Part shown: positions 8,137-17,598 of the stretch, in pieces | Numbering within the stretch: the stretch's first letter is position 1 | How the letters are laid out: each line of letters starts with the position of its first letter | Assembly (NCBI RefSeq): GCF_003945235.1 | Contig: NZ_RSDW01000001.1 | Span: 2,250,001 to 2,282,000 of the forward strand | Length of the DNA: 32,000 bases | Source of the DNA: Edaphobacter aggregans | Lineage (GTDB): Bacteria; Acidobacteriota; Terriglobia; Terriglobales; Acidobacteriaceae | Reading direction: 5' to 3' | Notes under the pieces: model-generated | Seen by the model: only the letters and a program-made list of their open reading frames with translations | The model's database searches: none | Told to the model about the DNA's origin: nothing | Made by a program: the position numbers and the translations under genes

Positions 8137-9257
8137 TAGCTCCTATTCGAAATCGGCAGGTCATATTTGGAGAGCCGTTGATAGGCAGCAATCTGATCGA
8201 GGGTGATCTGCTGCATGTCACTTCCGGCCTGCCACTGCTTGAACCATTCTACGATGAACTGCAGCGCGCCGGAGAGGGCAAGCGCTGGTCGCCAACCTAG
8301 CAGATTATGCGCGCGCGCGCAGTCTAGTTTCAGATAGGTGGCCTCATGGGGATGAACACCCTCATCAATAGCCCAGGACGCATCAGGCGACCACTGCTTC
8401 GCCAACTCACGCACAATCCATTCTACCGGCCGTGCGTCCTCCTCATCTGGGCCAAAGTTCCAGGCAGATGTAAAGCTTGCGTCGTGCGCAAGAAGCCGCT
8501 CCGCAAGCTGAATATAGCCACGGACAGGCTCCAGTACGTGCTGCCACGGGCGGATCGCATGAGGATTGCGAATCGCAACCTGTTCGCCAGCGATGAAACC
8601 GCGCATCAGGTCGGGAATTAACCGATCCACTGCCCAGTCTCCCCCGCCGATCACGTTGCCCGCGCGAGCGGTGGCGACAGCAACTCCGTGGACGCCAAGC
8701 TTGTCCGGCGGAAAGAACGAATCGCGATAAGCCGCACTCACCAATTCAGCGCACGCCTTGCTGTTGCTATATGGATCATGCCCACCCAGCCGGTCATTCT
8801 CACGATAACCCCACTGCCACTCGCGATTCTGGTAACACTTGTCCGTCGTTATCAGAACTGCCGCCTTCACCGATGCTGTATGCCGAATGCTGTCGAGCAC
8901 ATTCACTGTGCCCATCACATTCGTCGCATACGTCAATACCGGCTCAGCATACGAGCGTCGCACCAACGACTGCGCGGCAAGATGAAAAACGACATCAGGC
9001 GCGAACTCCTGCATGGCTGCTCGCAGGCGTGGCAACTCACAAATGTCAGCCTCGATATGGTGTACGCACTCACTAATACGAGCGACCTCAAAGAGATTAG
9101 GGTCGCTCGGGGGTGCCAGCGAATACCCACACACAGTGGCTCCCATCTGCGTCAGCCACAGCGCCATCCAGCTGCCCTTGAACCCAGTATGCCCTGTAAG
9201 AAATACCCGGCGTCCTCTCCAGGGAGAATCAAGCCCGAGGCTCACCACTTCCTCCAT
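8136..9257 (-). CDS. rfbG: CDP-glucose 4,6-dehydratase
   Basis: ORF 8136..9395 trimmed to ATG 9255-9257 ([35 protein letters not shown]...), the typical N-terminus of this family. The extra 46 codons lie inside rfb[10 protein letters not shown] (YxxxK). 16-nt overlap with the end of rfbF. Confidence 0.9.
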   Translation of the reverse strand: MEEVVSLGLDSPWRGRRVFLTGHTGFKGSWMALWLTQMGATVCGYSLAPPSDPNLFEVARISECVHHIEADICELPRLRAAMQEFAPDVVFHLAAQSLVRRSYAEPVLTYATNVMGTVNVLDSIRHTASVKAAVLITTDKCYQNREWQWGYRENDRLGGHDPYSNSKACAELVSAAYRDSFFPPDKLGVHGVAVATARAGNVIGGGDWAVDRLIPDLMRGFIAGEQVAIRNPHAIRPWQHVLEPVRGYIQLAERLLAHDASFTSAWNFGPDEEDARPVEWIVRELAKQWSPDASWAIDEGVHPHEATYLKLDCARAHNLLGWRPALALSGALQFIVEWFKQWQAGSDMQQITLDQIAAYQRLSKYDLPISNRS

Positions 9258-10012
9258 GGCGCCGCACCACTTTGCCACAGCTCTTCCAGTTGCGTCTTGT
9301 CGCGAAGAGTATCCATCGGCTGCCAAAAGCCTCTGTGTGGATACGCCTTCAGGTTCCCTTCTTCCGCCAGCCGTTCGAGCGGCTCTCTTTCCCATAGGGT
9401 CTGGTCGCCCTTGATATAGTCAATCACCTTGGACGAAAGAACAAAGAACCCTCCATTGACCGAGACTCCGTCGCCAACCGGCTTCTCACGAAATTCAGTA
9501 ACTTGGTCACCATCGATCAATAGTGAACCCCAACGGCCGCTGGGCTGCACTGCACATATGGTCGCTAACTTTCCATGGAGCCTGTGAAACTCGATGGATT
9601 TCACCACATCGATATCCGCAAGCCCGTCGCCGTACGTAAGACAGAAAGTATCTTCCCCAGCTAGATATTTTGCCACGCGTTTTAGCCGGCCACCGGTCTG
9701 TGTCGTATCGCCTGTGTCAACAAGCGTTACGCGCCAGGGTTCCGTCGCGCTGTCATGGACTTCCATACGGTTCTCTTCCATATGGAACGTGACATCCGCT
9801 GTATGCAGGAAGTAGTTGGCGAAAAATTCTTTGATGACATAGCCCTTATAACCCAGACATATTACAAAGTCATTGATACCAAAATGAGAATAGATCTTGA
9901 GGATGTGCCACAAGATGGGCTTCCCGCCGATCTCAACCATCGGCTTTGGGCGAACTGAGGTCTCTTCACTGATCCGAGTGCCCAATCCACCTGCGAGAAT
10001 GACAGCTTTCAT
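9242..10012 (-). CDS. rfbF: Glucose-1-phosphate cytidylyltransferase
   Basis: 256-aa ORF with ATG 10010-10012. MKAVILAGGLGTRISEETSVRPKPMVEIGGKPILWHILKIYSHFG is a near-canonical RfbF/DdhA N-terminus. Confidence 0.93.
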   Translation of the reverse strand: MKAVILAGGLGTRISEETSVRPKPMVEIGGKPILWHILKIYSHFGINDFVICLGYKGYVIKEFFANYFLHTADVTFHMEENRMEVHDSATEPWRVTLVDTGDTTQTGGRLKRVAKYLAGEDTFCLTYGDGLADIDVVKSIEFHRLHGKLATICAVQPSGRWGSLLIDGDQVTEFREKPVGDGVSVNGGFFVLSSKVIDYIKGDQTLWEREPLERLAEEGNLKAYPHRGFWQPMDTLRDKTQLEELWQSGAAPWRKW

Positions 10013-10016
10013 TTAC

Positions 10017-11474
10017 TTAGCTCTCCGGCGATAGCGTCATATCGCATGCAGGTTTTACGTTCCACAGCATCGGCTGCATCTGCATGGATCGCTTCGCAAA
10101 TTCAAGATTTGCAGCGACTACACATATTATAGTCAAGTGGAGCCAGACGTATGGACGCAGGATATTTTGATTAAGCTGCAATATCAGCCATCCATAAGTC
10201 ATCGCCCGACAGAGAGCAAGTAACATCTGCCCGAATGCATCCTTCCTAAACAATTTACCCAATTTTCTGGGAAATACCGTCGTCTGATACAGAAAAATCA
10301 AAAACGGAATGATACCGATCAACCCACTTGAAGCTAAAACTTCAGCGAAGACGCTCAGTCCCTCGTATTCCTTCGATTCCTCCATGGTCTGTGGATGAAA
10401 TCCATGAAGTGCGGCAATACTCGGTGAAACTCCTCCCAAACTGCGTCCGATAAATGGGTTTTCACGAAACACTTGAAGCGTGTCAGAAAATGCCCCTGCT
10501 CGGTCATCAACAGAGTGTGCTGTTGTTCCCTGCAAGCCAGTGCCGCTTAGAAGAAACAGGAGGTTATAATCCCGCAGAATCATATCGATGCGAGGAATGA
10601 CCATAAACATCAGAATTCCAAGTGGAAATACAAGCAATTGCCATCGATTGACCCTCCACTTTCCTACGGAAAGCCGCTTGAGTTGTAACAGGAGGGCAGA
10701 GGAGACGACTGGAATAATGCGAAGTGCGGCCTCTAACGACATGAATAGCCATGCGGTGCGGCTTGACGATAGCACGAGAGCAATTGTTTCAATGGCAAAA
10801 ATAACCTTCCATGTACTGGAAGAAAACCCTTCCACTCTCGCTATAAGTAAATGAAGAAGGGTCACCCATCCCAATAGCATGTAAGTGGCAAAATAAGATG
10901 GCTCATATGAGAATCCATTGATTCTCGCAAGATGCGGAAGCCAGAACTGAGTAACCAGGAAAGCCGGAAGTCCGGTGAGTGGAGCTACAAACTGATATAG
11001 TCCAAAAACGGCTATCGCTCCGAAGCTACCCACATAAAACCGCACGAGTGAATAGGTATATCCGCTACGGTAGTAGAGTTGAACGACACATGCTAACGCT
11101 ACTATGTTGTACCAAAGCCATATATTGTACGTAACTCCTTTAATGAGAAAGGAGCTAAAGGGTAAGAAGAGCGTCTGAACTATTCCCCAAACCACAAGTG
11201 CTGGAAAGCCAATCGGCGATATGAAACGCAGCTTCTGCTGCATGACGATCATGCCGCCAAAACATACAACCAGGAGAGCTACTTGGGAGGCGCGCACGGT
11301 CCCACCAACATTTACTACTAGCGCCAGATCGAATGAGGATGTAAGCAGAGAAAAACAAAAAAGAAAATGAAAGATCTGCATCGAAATTGACCGCGGACCT
11401 ACTGGGATTACAGGGACCAGTAGTGCTTTTTCGGCCCCAGTATAACGATCTCGGGTCTTGCGAAGTATTGGCAT
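10017..11474 (-). CDS. O-antigen polymerase/ligase-family (Wzy_C-type) integral membrane protein
   Basis: The ORF-track start at 11528 is a TTG that overlaps the PCP gene. The first ATG (11472-11474, MPILRKTRDRY...) has AGGAGAG upstream, so the start is uncertain. There are many hydrophobic spans and an SSSRTAWLFMSLEAA loop motif typical of the O-antigen ligase/polymerase domain. The gene is markedly AT-rich (hand count 22/60 GC for 10261-10320). Confidence 0.7.
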   Translation of the reverse strand: MPILRKTRDRYTGAEKALLVPVIPVGPRSISMQIFHFLFCFSLLTSSFDLALVVNVGGTVRASQVALLVVCFGGMIVMQQKLRFISPIGFPALVVWGIVQTLFLPFSSFLIKGVTYNIWLWYNIVALACVVQLYYRSGYTYSLVRFYVGSFGAIAVFGLYQFVAPLTGLPAFLVTQFWLPHLARINGFSYEPSYFATYMLLGWVTLLHLLIARVEGFSSSTWKVIFAIETIALVLSSSRTAWLFMSLEAALRIIPVVSSALLLQLKRLSVGKWRVNRWQLLVFPLGILMFMVIPRIDMILRDYNLLFLLSGTGLQGTTAHSVDDRAGAFSDTLQVFRENPFIGRSLGGVSPSIAALHGFHPQTMEESKEYEGLSVFAEVLASSGLIGIIPFLIFLYQTTVFPRKLGKLFRKDAFGQMLLALCRAMTYGWLILQLNQNILRPYVWLHLTIICVVAANLEFAKRSMQMQPMLWNVKPACDMTLSPES

Positions 11475-11514
11475 TTTCTGGGCAATCTCTCCTGCTGAGA
11501 GTAGCTGCAACTTA

Positions 11515-12780
11515 TTAGTTGCCACCAAATTTACCGCCTAGCCTCGCTGCTTCGAACACCGCTTTCAATTTCGCCTCGCTCTCCGCATTTAAGCTCATTC
11601 CCCGCACCGTTTCGCGGACAACCACCCAGATTATTCCGACCATTCCCCCAACCAAAGCGGCGAATATGGTCATCAGGGTCCGCCCTAGTCCGGCCTTGGT
11701 GTCTGGCACAACAGCATAATCCACCTCTTGCATCAACGGCGCGGAACGAGCTTCATCCAACTTGGCAGTTTCATACTGTCGAAGCAGTAACTCGTAAAGC
11801 GCCTCATGGTACTTCACATCGCGAGCCTTGCGAACATAGATCAGTTCTAGCTCGGGCACCTTTGACGTTGGTACCTGCGGATTTCCAACAGCACCCTTCG
11901 CGCTTGAGTTCTCCAGTCTGTTTAGCTGCGCCTTCAACGCCTCAATTTCTGAGCGAATACGGACTACTTCGGGATTCTGGCTTGTTGCGCCCTGACTCAG
12001 CGCCTCCAATTGAACTTCGCGGTTCGTAATCTGCGCCTGCGTTTCGGCAATCGTCTGAAGCTGAATTTGTGCCTGCCCCGAAGGATGAATAAGTCCGCTC
12101 TGTTCCTCCGTGCGCTTCAGCTCGACCTCCGCATCCGCCAGCGAATTCTTCTCTTTCTCCAGTTGTTGCTCGAAGAAGCGCCGCCTTTGACCAGCTTCTG
12201 TAAACGCAATCCTGTCATTCTGCTTGTGCAGCGCGGCAAGGTAGGCGTTCGCTAGGTCTGCAGCTCGTTTCGGATCACCATCCTCTACGTTGATGACGAC
12301 AATCGTGTCTTTGCCCGAGAATATCTTCGTATGTGACTTCAGAACCTTCTCTGTCTGACTTAGCTTCTTGGTCTTGTACACCTTCGCCAGATCGAATTGG
12401 TGGATCAAATCGTCAGCAACCGTGCGGCTTTCCAAAATCCCCACATAAATCAGAGTTGGGTCCTTGAGCCCGCTCAACGCACTTCCCGCCGACCCCAGAG
12501 CACCAAGTTGCCCGAGCAGTGCAGAGGACCCCCCTGTGGACATCGAGTTCGGCGGTAAAAAGGTTGCCTGCGCTTGATAGTAGGGCTTCTTGATCAGCAA
12601 AACGATAGCGGTAATGACTGCTGTCACCAACGCAAACTTCAAGATCAGGATCTTGTTTTGCAGCAGAATTCTGACCAGTTCCAATAGATCGATCTCTTGT
12701 TCTTCCGGTTCTCTCGTCGATTCGACGCGAGCGGAAGTCTCGGGATGATTCAATACCGTCTCTTCATGCATAGTTCTCAT
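11515..12780 (-). CDS. Polysaccharide co-polymerase (Wzz/GumC-type chain-length determinant), no kinase domain
   Basis: ORF 11515..12831 trimmed to ATG 12778-12780, 1 nt after the OPX stop (12782-12784). N-terminal Wzz-type segment with a TM helix (EIDLLELVRILLQNKILILKFALVTAVITAIVLLI), a long coiled-coil-like middle (FFEQQLEKEKNSLADAEVELKRTEE...) and a C-terminal TM helix (LMTIFAALVGGMVGIIWVVV). No Walker A motif seen. Confidence 0.8.
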   Translation of the reverse strand: MRTMHEETVLNHPETSARVESTREPEEQEIDLLELVRILLQNKILILKFALVTAVITAIVLLIKKPYYQAQATFLPPNSMSTGGSSALLGQLGALGSAGSALSGLKDPTLIYVGILESRTVADDLIHQFDLAKVYKTKKLSQTEKVLKSHTKIFSGKDTIVVINVEDGDPKRAADLANAYLAALHKQNDRIAFTEAGQRRRFFEQQLEKEKNSLADAEVELKRTEEQSGLIHPSGQAQIQLQTIAETQAQITNREVQLEALSQGATSQNPEVVRIRSEIEALKAQLNRLENSSAKGAVGNPQVPTSKVPELELIYVRKARDVKYHEALYELLLRQYETAKLDEARSAPLMQEVDYAVVPDTKAGLGRTLMTIFAALVGGMVGIIWVVVRETVRGMSLNAESEAKLKAVFEAARLGGKFGGN

Positions 12781-12781
12781 T

Positions 12782-15541
12782 TCAAAAAAGCGTGTTGGTT
12801 GCTGCGATCGCGATTCCAAACTGGCCAACAATCTGCGCGATATCTACAAGTAGTCGCATTCCCTTGCCCTTATCCAGGTTCATCGGGATCACAACCGTAT
12901 CCCCAGGATAAAGCCGCAGAGAGTCGAATCCATTGCCACGCAGCAGCGACGAGCTGTATTGCCTGCTGACCACCGAGCCTCCAGCGCGAATAACGTAGGC
13001 ACGGTTCGCGTCCGCATCGCGGTTCGCTCCACCGGCCAATCGCACATAATCGCCTACGCGGCGGCGCGGATCGTATAAAAACGTATTCTGATTGTAGACC
13101 GCACCATCTACACTTACAGTCGAAGGCACCCGGGGCACGATAAACCGGTCTCCATCTTCCAGCGGAAGATCAGGCAACGCGGACACATCGCGGCTATCCG
13201 GCGGCATTTCCAGAACGATGCGCCCCGTGGCCCGTGCCTGGCGCAAGCTATTGACGATGTTTTGGTTCTGCTGAGCGGCAGCGGACGCCGCAGCAGTATC
13301 CTGAGCGCTGATCGAACGATTCGCGTTGCCCGCTGCATTCGCGCTGGCCTGCAGCGAGATCTGGTCGACATACTCATTCAGCCGCTGCTGCTGCACGCGG
13401 CGCGTCGACTCGCGCGTAAACTCCGATCCATAGAGATAAGCCTCAGGCGTCAAACCTCCAGCTCGTTGCACCAACTGCCGTAGCGTCTCACCTGGCTTCA
13501 CGCTGTAAACGCCAGATCCGACAAACTCTCCCTCCAGCCGCACCAGCCGCGTTTGCTCCGCCTGGGGCACGTGAATGTCGGCCTTTGAAAAGATCGTCAC
13601 CACATCACCCGGCTCCAACTCCAGGTTTTGCGAAACGTCCCCTTGCATCACGACCTTACCCAGATTGAACGGTAGCAGTGTTGTGGTTAGATCCTCTTTA
13701 CCCTGTCGCTCGATGACTGCGTAGCTCCAATTGATATCCGGTTCACTCAATTTCACATCAAATCGAGCCCGAAATTGCGTCGAGGAAGCGCCCACGCTCG
13801 CCTCAGCCGTACTTACACGATTCGAACCAGCGGTATTCTGGGGCAACTGCAGCAGGTTCTGAGTTGTTGCAGTAGGGTTGGTTGTTCCCTGCGCCGGCAC
13901 CGTTCCCTGCGACTGCGACTGCGCCTGCGCCGACGGTGTATATCGATCATTCATTCCGCTTGCAGATGTCTGGGACTCATTTGGTGTCCCGCAGTCCGGT
14001 CCACCGTCGGTCGTCGGACCGTCCGTCATTTGACTTGAACTACCCTCAGAATTCCCGAAAGGCAGGCCAAACAGATTTGGATTTCTTGTCGACGAATATC
14101 TCCAGTTAGGATTATCCCCTTCCTCTCCCACTGGAATTCCGTACCGGAGGCTGGGAATGCCAAAGGGCGTCCTTGGTGGGCACGTTGGAATAAAGGTCAG
14201 CCCAGGCTGGCCCAGTTGTGCGCGCTTCAGCCAGTAGTCGCGGGTAATCAGCGCATCCTTATCGGGAATCAGGTCCTTGACGCGCATTCCCGGCTTCCAC
14301 GTGTAGCGTCCAGGATTCGCCACGTTTCCTCGCAACGTAACCGCATCCTTATACTGGTTGGGAATCGCAATCATTGACAGAATGTCGCCATCCTGCAGGA
14401 CCGTCGCCTTACCCTTGGCATCGATCCCAAGCTCAAGAAAACTGCGACCGCGCCCCTCGCTTACACGCTCCAGCCGAATCTTCTCGCTCGCGGCCACATT
14501 CGTCAAGCCGCCTGCCAGTTCAATCATCTCCCCTACGGTCGTGCTGTCGGCAGACTTCAACTCATAGATTGCAGGCTCGTTCACGCTGCCGGTCAACGCC
14601 ACCTGTGGCCCCACAGATGGAATAAAGATGACGTCGCCGGGAAGCAGTTGCACGTCCTTCGACTTGTCTCCGTGAAGCAGCAAATCGTACAAATCGAAAT
14701 CGACGATGACCTGGCCGCTCCGCTTCAGTTGGATGTGGCGCACACTACCCTGGGGCGTCGGGCCGCCGGTCACAAAGAGCGCATTCACCAGCGTGCTCAA
14801 CGAGCTGATCGTATAGTTTCCCGGACGCCGCGCCTGTCCCACCACAAATACCTGGATCGAACGCAACTGCCCCATGTTCACGTTCAGGTCGAAATTTCGG
14901 AAGACTCTACTTATCTGCGTCTTCAGACTGTCCTGCAACTGCATGAATTTCAGGCCTGCCACATGCAACGTGCCTACCTGCGGGATGTAGACGTTGCCCA
15001 TCCGGTCCACCATGAAGCGCCCGTTAAGCGTGACCTGCCCCCATAACTGCACCTGCAACTCGTCACCCGGACCAACTACATAATCGGGGGTCACCGGCAC
15101 CATGTTCAGTGGCGCAAAGGTTGAAGGCGGATTGCGGAAGAGCTTCGCGCCATAGATCGGCAGCATCTTCCCTGTCGCATTGGCGACCATGTTCTGAAAT
15201 TCAGTCGGCGAATCCAGGGGAAGTTTGGGCTCAACAGTGGTCAGATTCTGACCCTGCTGCTGCTGATTGCCCGTCTGCGCGTTCGTATTGTTCTGATTCG
15301 TCTGATCAGATTGCAGCACGATCCCCTGAGAGGGAGTAACCGGGATATTCCCTTGCAATGGAATACGTGTCTGATCTACGCTCTGGCAACCAGAATCGGT
15401 CGGATTACAGGCCTGCTGTTGCTGGCCACCAGTTCCACCAAGCACCTGAGATATCTGTGCCGATACCCTGCTCGCTCCGAGCACGGTAACCAAAACAACG
15501 CATCCAACCTGAACTACTCTGAGCGAGCCACCAAACTGCAT
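12782..15541 (-). CDS. Outer-membrane polysaccharide export protein (OPX/Wza-like, multi-SLBB), unusually large
   Basis: The ORF-track start at 15559 is TTG. The first ATG is 15539-15541 (MQFGGSLRVVQVGCVVLVTVLGASRVSAQ, signal-peptide-like). The PDYVVGPGDELQVQLWGQ Poly_export motif is followed by repeated SLBB-like PGD/DGD turns (LLPGDVIFIP, LQDGDILSM, LEPGDVVTIF, LEDGDRFIVP, LYPGDTVVIP). Confidence 0.85.
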   Translation of the reverse strand: MQFGGSLRVVQVGCVVLVTVLGASRVSAQISQVLGGTGGQQQQACNPTDSGCQSVDQTRIPLQGNIPVTPSQGIVLQSDQTNQNNTNAQTGNQQQQGQNLTTVEPKLPLDSPTEFQNMVANATGKMLPIYGAKLFRNPPSTFAPLNMVPVTPDYVVGPGDELQVQLWGQVTLNGRFMVDRMGNVYIPQVGTLHVAGLKFMQLQDSLKTQISRVFRNFDLNVNMGQLRSIQVFVVGQARRPGNYTISSLSTLVNALFVTGGPTPQGSVRHIQLKRSGQVIVDFDLYDLLLHGDKSKDVQLLPGDVIFIPSVGPQVALTGSVNEPAIYELKSADSTTVGEMIELAGGLTNVAASEKIRLERVSEGRGRSFLELGIDAKGKATVLQDGDILSMIAIPNQYKDAVTLRGNVANPGRYTWKPGMRVKDLIPDKDALITRDYWLKRAQLGQPGLTFIPTCPPRTPFGIPSLRYGIPVGEEGDNPNWRYSSTRNPNLFGLPFGNSEGSSSQMTDGPTTDGGPDCGTPNESQTSASGMNDRYTPSAQAQSQSQGTVPAQGTTNPTATTQNLLQLPQNTAGSNRVSTAEASVGASSTQFRARFDVKLSEPDINWSYAVIERQGKEDLTTTLLPFNLGKVVMQGDVSQNLELEPGDVVTIFSKADIHVPQAEQTRLVRLEGEFVGSGVYSVKPGETLRQLVQRAGGLTPEAYLYGSEFTRESTRRVQQQRLNEYVDQISLQASANAAGNANRSISAQDTAAASAAAQQNQNIVNSLRQARATGRIVLEMPPDSRDVSALPDLPLEDGDRFIVPRVPSTVSVDGAVYNQNTFLYDPRRRVGDYVRLAGGANRDADANRAYVIRAGGSVVSRQYSSSLLRGNGFDSLRLYPGDTVVIPMNLDKGKGMRLLVDIAQIVGQFGIAIAATNTLF
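13907..13930. repeat. Hexanucleotide tandem repeat (ctgcga x2, ctgcgc x2) inside the OPX low-complexity insert
   Basis: Read directly as ctgcgactgcgactgcgcctgcgc. It encodes AQAQSQSQ on the minus strand and stays in frame. Confidence 0.7.
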
Positions 15542-15573
15542 CTTCCGTAATCCTCGCAAAACCTCTAAACTTC

Positions 15574-15583
15574 AACACGTGTT
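15574..15583. promoter_or_regulatory. Perfect 10-bp palindrome AACACGTGTT just upstream of the OPX start; candidate operator
   Basis: Self-complementarity checked by hand. It lies 15-42 nt upstream of the candidate starts at 15559 and 15541. Function is inferred only. Confidence 0.25.
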
Positions 15584-15667
15584 CGCGCCATAAGACGCCC
15601 ACTAAAATCCGAGGCGAACTCTCTCGCACCGAACAAATCCCAATGAAATCGCTACCTTCAGCATACC

Positions 15668-15679
15668 CGAATGCATTCG
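15668..15679. promoter_or_regulatory. Perfect 12-bp palindrome CGAATGCATTCG in the gatA-OPX gap; candidate operator
   Basis: Self-complementarity checked by hand. A 12-bp perfect palindrome is expected only about 0.05 times by chance in a 200-bp gap (4^-6 per position). Function is inferred only. Confidence 0.25.
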
Positions 15680-15760
15680 CCAAGCCACAAAGAAGTACGG
15701 GGGCGCACCTGCCGCATCATCCTCGATTCCTGCGGGCTCTCGGACGCCGGCATTCCCACC

Positions 15761-17275
15761 CTACCTCTGCTGACATTCCACCACCTGTGCCACCCGCAGC
15801 ATCGTCGCCTCATCAAAGTGCTTGCCGATGAGTTGCACTCCGATCGGCAATCCACTCTTCGTCTCCCCGCAGGGCACGCTTATCCCGCAAACCCCTGCCA
15901 GACTCGCTGCCACCGAATAGATGTCCTCGAGATACATCTGCAGCGGATCGTCCGTCTTCTCTCCAAGTTTGAAGGCCGGAGTCGGCGTCACCGGAGCCAC
16001 CAGCACATCGACCTCATTGAAAGCCGTAAGAAAGTCCCGGGTCAGCAGAGTCCGTACCTGTTGAGCCTTCTTGTAATAAGCATCGTAGTAACCTGCGCTC
16101 AGAGAATACGTTCCCAGTAGGATCCGTCGCTTCACCTCGGCCCCAAATCCGGCATCCCGCGTCTTGCGAAACATCTCCGACAAGGTCTTCGCCTCGGCAT
16201 CCCGCAATCCGAACCTCACGCCATCGAAGCGCGACAGGTTGGACGAGGCCTCTGCCGTCGCAATCACGTAGTAGGTCGGAATCGCGTATTTCGTGTGGGG
16301 TAAACTTACCGGCTTTACCACGCATTTTGCCATCTTCAAACCATCTAAAACCGTCTCGATGGCACCACGAATCTCGGGATCCAGCCCCTCCCCGAAGTAC
16401 TCCTCCGGAACTCCAATCCGTAGCCCCTCGACTGGCTTGCTGAGCGCAGCCACATAGTCATCCACAGGACGATCGGATGAGGTCGCGTCCATATGATCTT
16501 GTCCTGCAATGACTTGCAGCACGGTCGCTGCATCTTTCACATTCCTGGTAAATGGTCCCACGCGATCCAGAGAGGACGCAAACGCAATCAACCCATACCG
16601 ACTCACACGCCCATACGTCGGAAGCACACCAACCACGCCACAAAAAGCCGCTGGCTGCCGAATCGACCCCCCCGTATCCGTACCAAGCGTCGCCACCGCA
16701 AAATTTGCCGCCACCGCCGCAGCCGACCCGCCGCTCGATCCACCTGGAACTCGATCCAAAGCCTTTGGATTCAACACCGGGCCGTACGCCGAGTTCTCGT
16801 TCGAACTGCCCATCGCAAATTCATCACAGTTCAATTTCCCAAGTAAAACCGCACCCGCAGCCTCAAGCTTCGTCACCACGGTAGCGTCATAAGGTGGCCG
16901 ATACCCTTTTAGAATCAATGACCCAGCAGTGGCCGGAGCGCCCTGCATCGTCAATACATCCTTGATACCTACGGGCACTCCGGCCAAAGTCGGCAGCACC
17001 TCACCCTTCGCGGCCATCGCATCGATCTTTCCCGCCTGAATCAAGGCCCGTTCACGGCTCAAAGCCAGAAAACTATTGATTTTGCTATCCCCGACCTCAA
17101 TACGGCCATAATGCAGTTCGGCTAACGCTGTGGCAGTTGTCTCGCCCGAAACAACTGCGGACCGCGTCTCCTCAATCGCTAAATTCTCTAATTCCATCGC
17201 CTTTACGCTCACGCACCTTGCCTCAAAATTCCCGTCATCGCCGCCCTTGCAGCCTTCCGGTGTTATCAAGCTCAT
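15761..17275 (-). CDS. gatA: Glu-tRNA(Gln)/Asp-tRNA(Asn) amidotransferase subunit A
   Basis: 504-aa ORF with the amidase signature (GGSSGGSAAAVAA, GTDTGGSIRQPAAFCG). ATG 17273-17275 overlaps the gatC stop (ATGA). An alternative ATG at 17195-17197 (MELENLAIEETR...) would give a more typical ~478-aa protein. Confidence 0.93.
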   Translation of the reverse strand: MSLITPEGCKGGDDGNFEARCVSVKAMELENLAIEETRSAVVSGETTATALAELHYGRIEVGDSKINSFLALSRERALIQAGKIDAMAAKGEVLPTLAGVPVGIKDVLTMQGAPATAGSLILKGYRPPYDATVVTKLEAAGAVLLGKLNCDEFAMGSSNENSAYGPVLNPKALDRVPGGSSGGSAAAVAANFAVATLGTDTGGSIRQPAAFCGVVGVLPTYGRVSRYGLIAFASSLDRVGPFTRNVKDAATVLQVIAGQDHMDATSSDRPVDDYVAALSKPVEGLRIGVPEEYFGEGLDPEIRGAIETVLDGLKMAKCVVKPVSLPHTKYAIPTYYVIATAEASSNLSRFDGVRFGLRDAEAKTLSEMFRKTRDAGFGAEVKRRILLGTYSLSAGYYDAYYKKAQQVRTLLTRDFLTAFNEVDVLVAPVTPTPAFKLGEKTDDPLQMYLEDIYSVAASLAGVCGISVPCGETKSGLPIGVQLIGKHFDEATMLRVAQVVECQQR

Positions 17276-17598
17276 CGCTCAATTACTTTGGGAACCTTGA
17301 AGAACCTGCCATCCGTCTCGGGTGCCGAGGCCATGACCGTCGCACGGTTCACCAAGGGGCGCACCGCGTCGGTCCGCAACGTCTCCCCACAATCTAGAAT
17401 GGCTCCGCCTAGCATCTCGCCCACCTGCGCCATAGGGGAGACATTCGCCGTATCCAATTCATTTAACTGTGCAATATGCCCCAGAATTGCGTTCAAGTCC
17501 CGCTGCATTCGTGGTTCTTCGTCCGACGTCAACTCCAGATTTGCCAGCTCTGCCACGCGCCGCACATCATCGATTGTTACGCTTGTCTGCTCACTCAT
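17272..17598 (-). CDS. gatC: Glu-tRNA(Gln)/Asp-tRNA(Asn) amidotransferase subunit C
   Basis: 108-aa ORF. IDDVRRVAELANLELTSDEEPRMQRDLNAILGHIAQLNELDT is the typical GatC core. It lies directly upstream of gatA and overlaps it. Confidence 0.93.
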   Translation of the reverse strand: MSEQTSVTIDDVRRVAELANLELTSDEEPRMQRDLNAILGHIAQLNELDTANVSPMAQVGEMLGGAILDCGETLRTDAVRPLVNRATVMASAPETDGRFFKVPKVIER

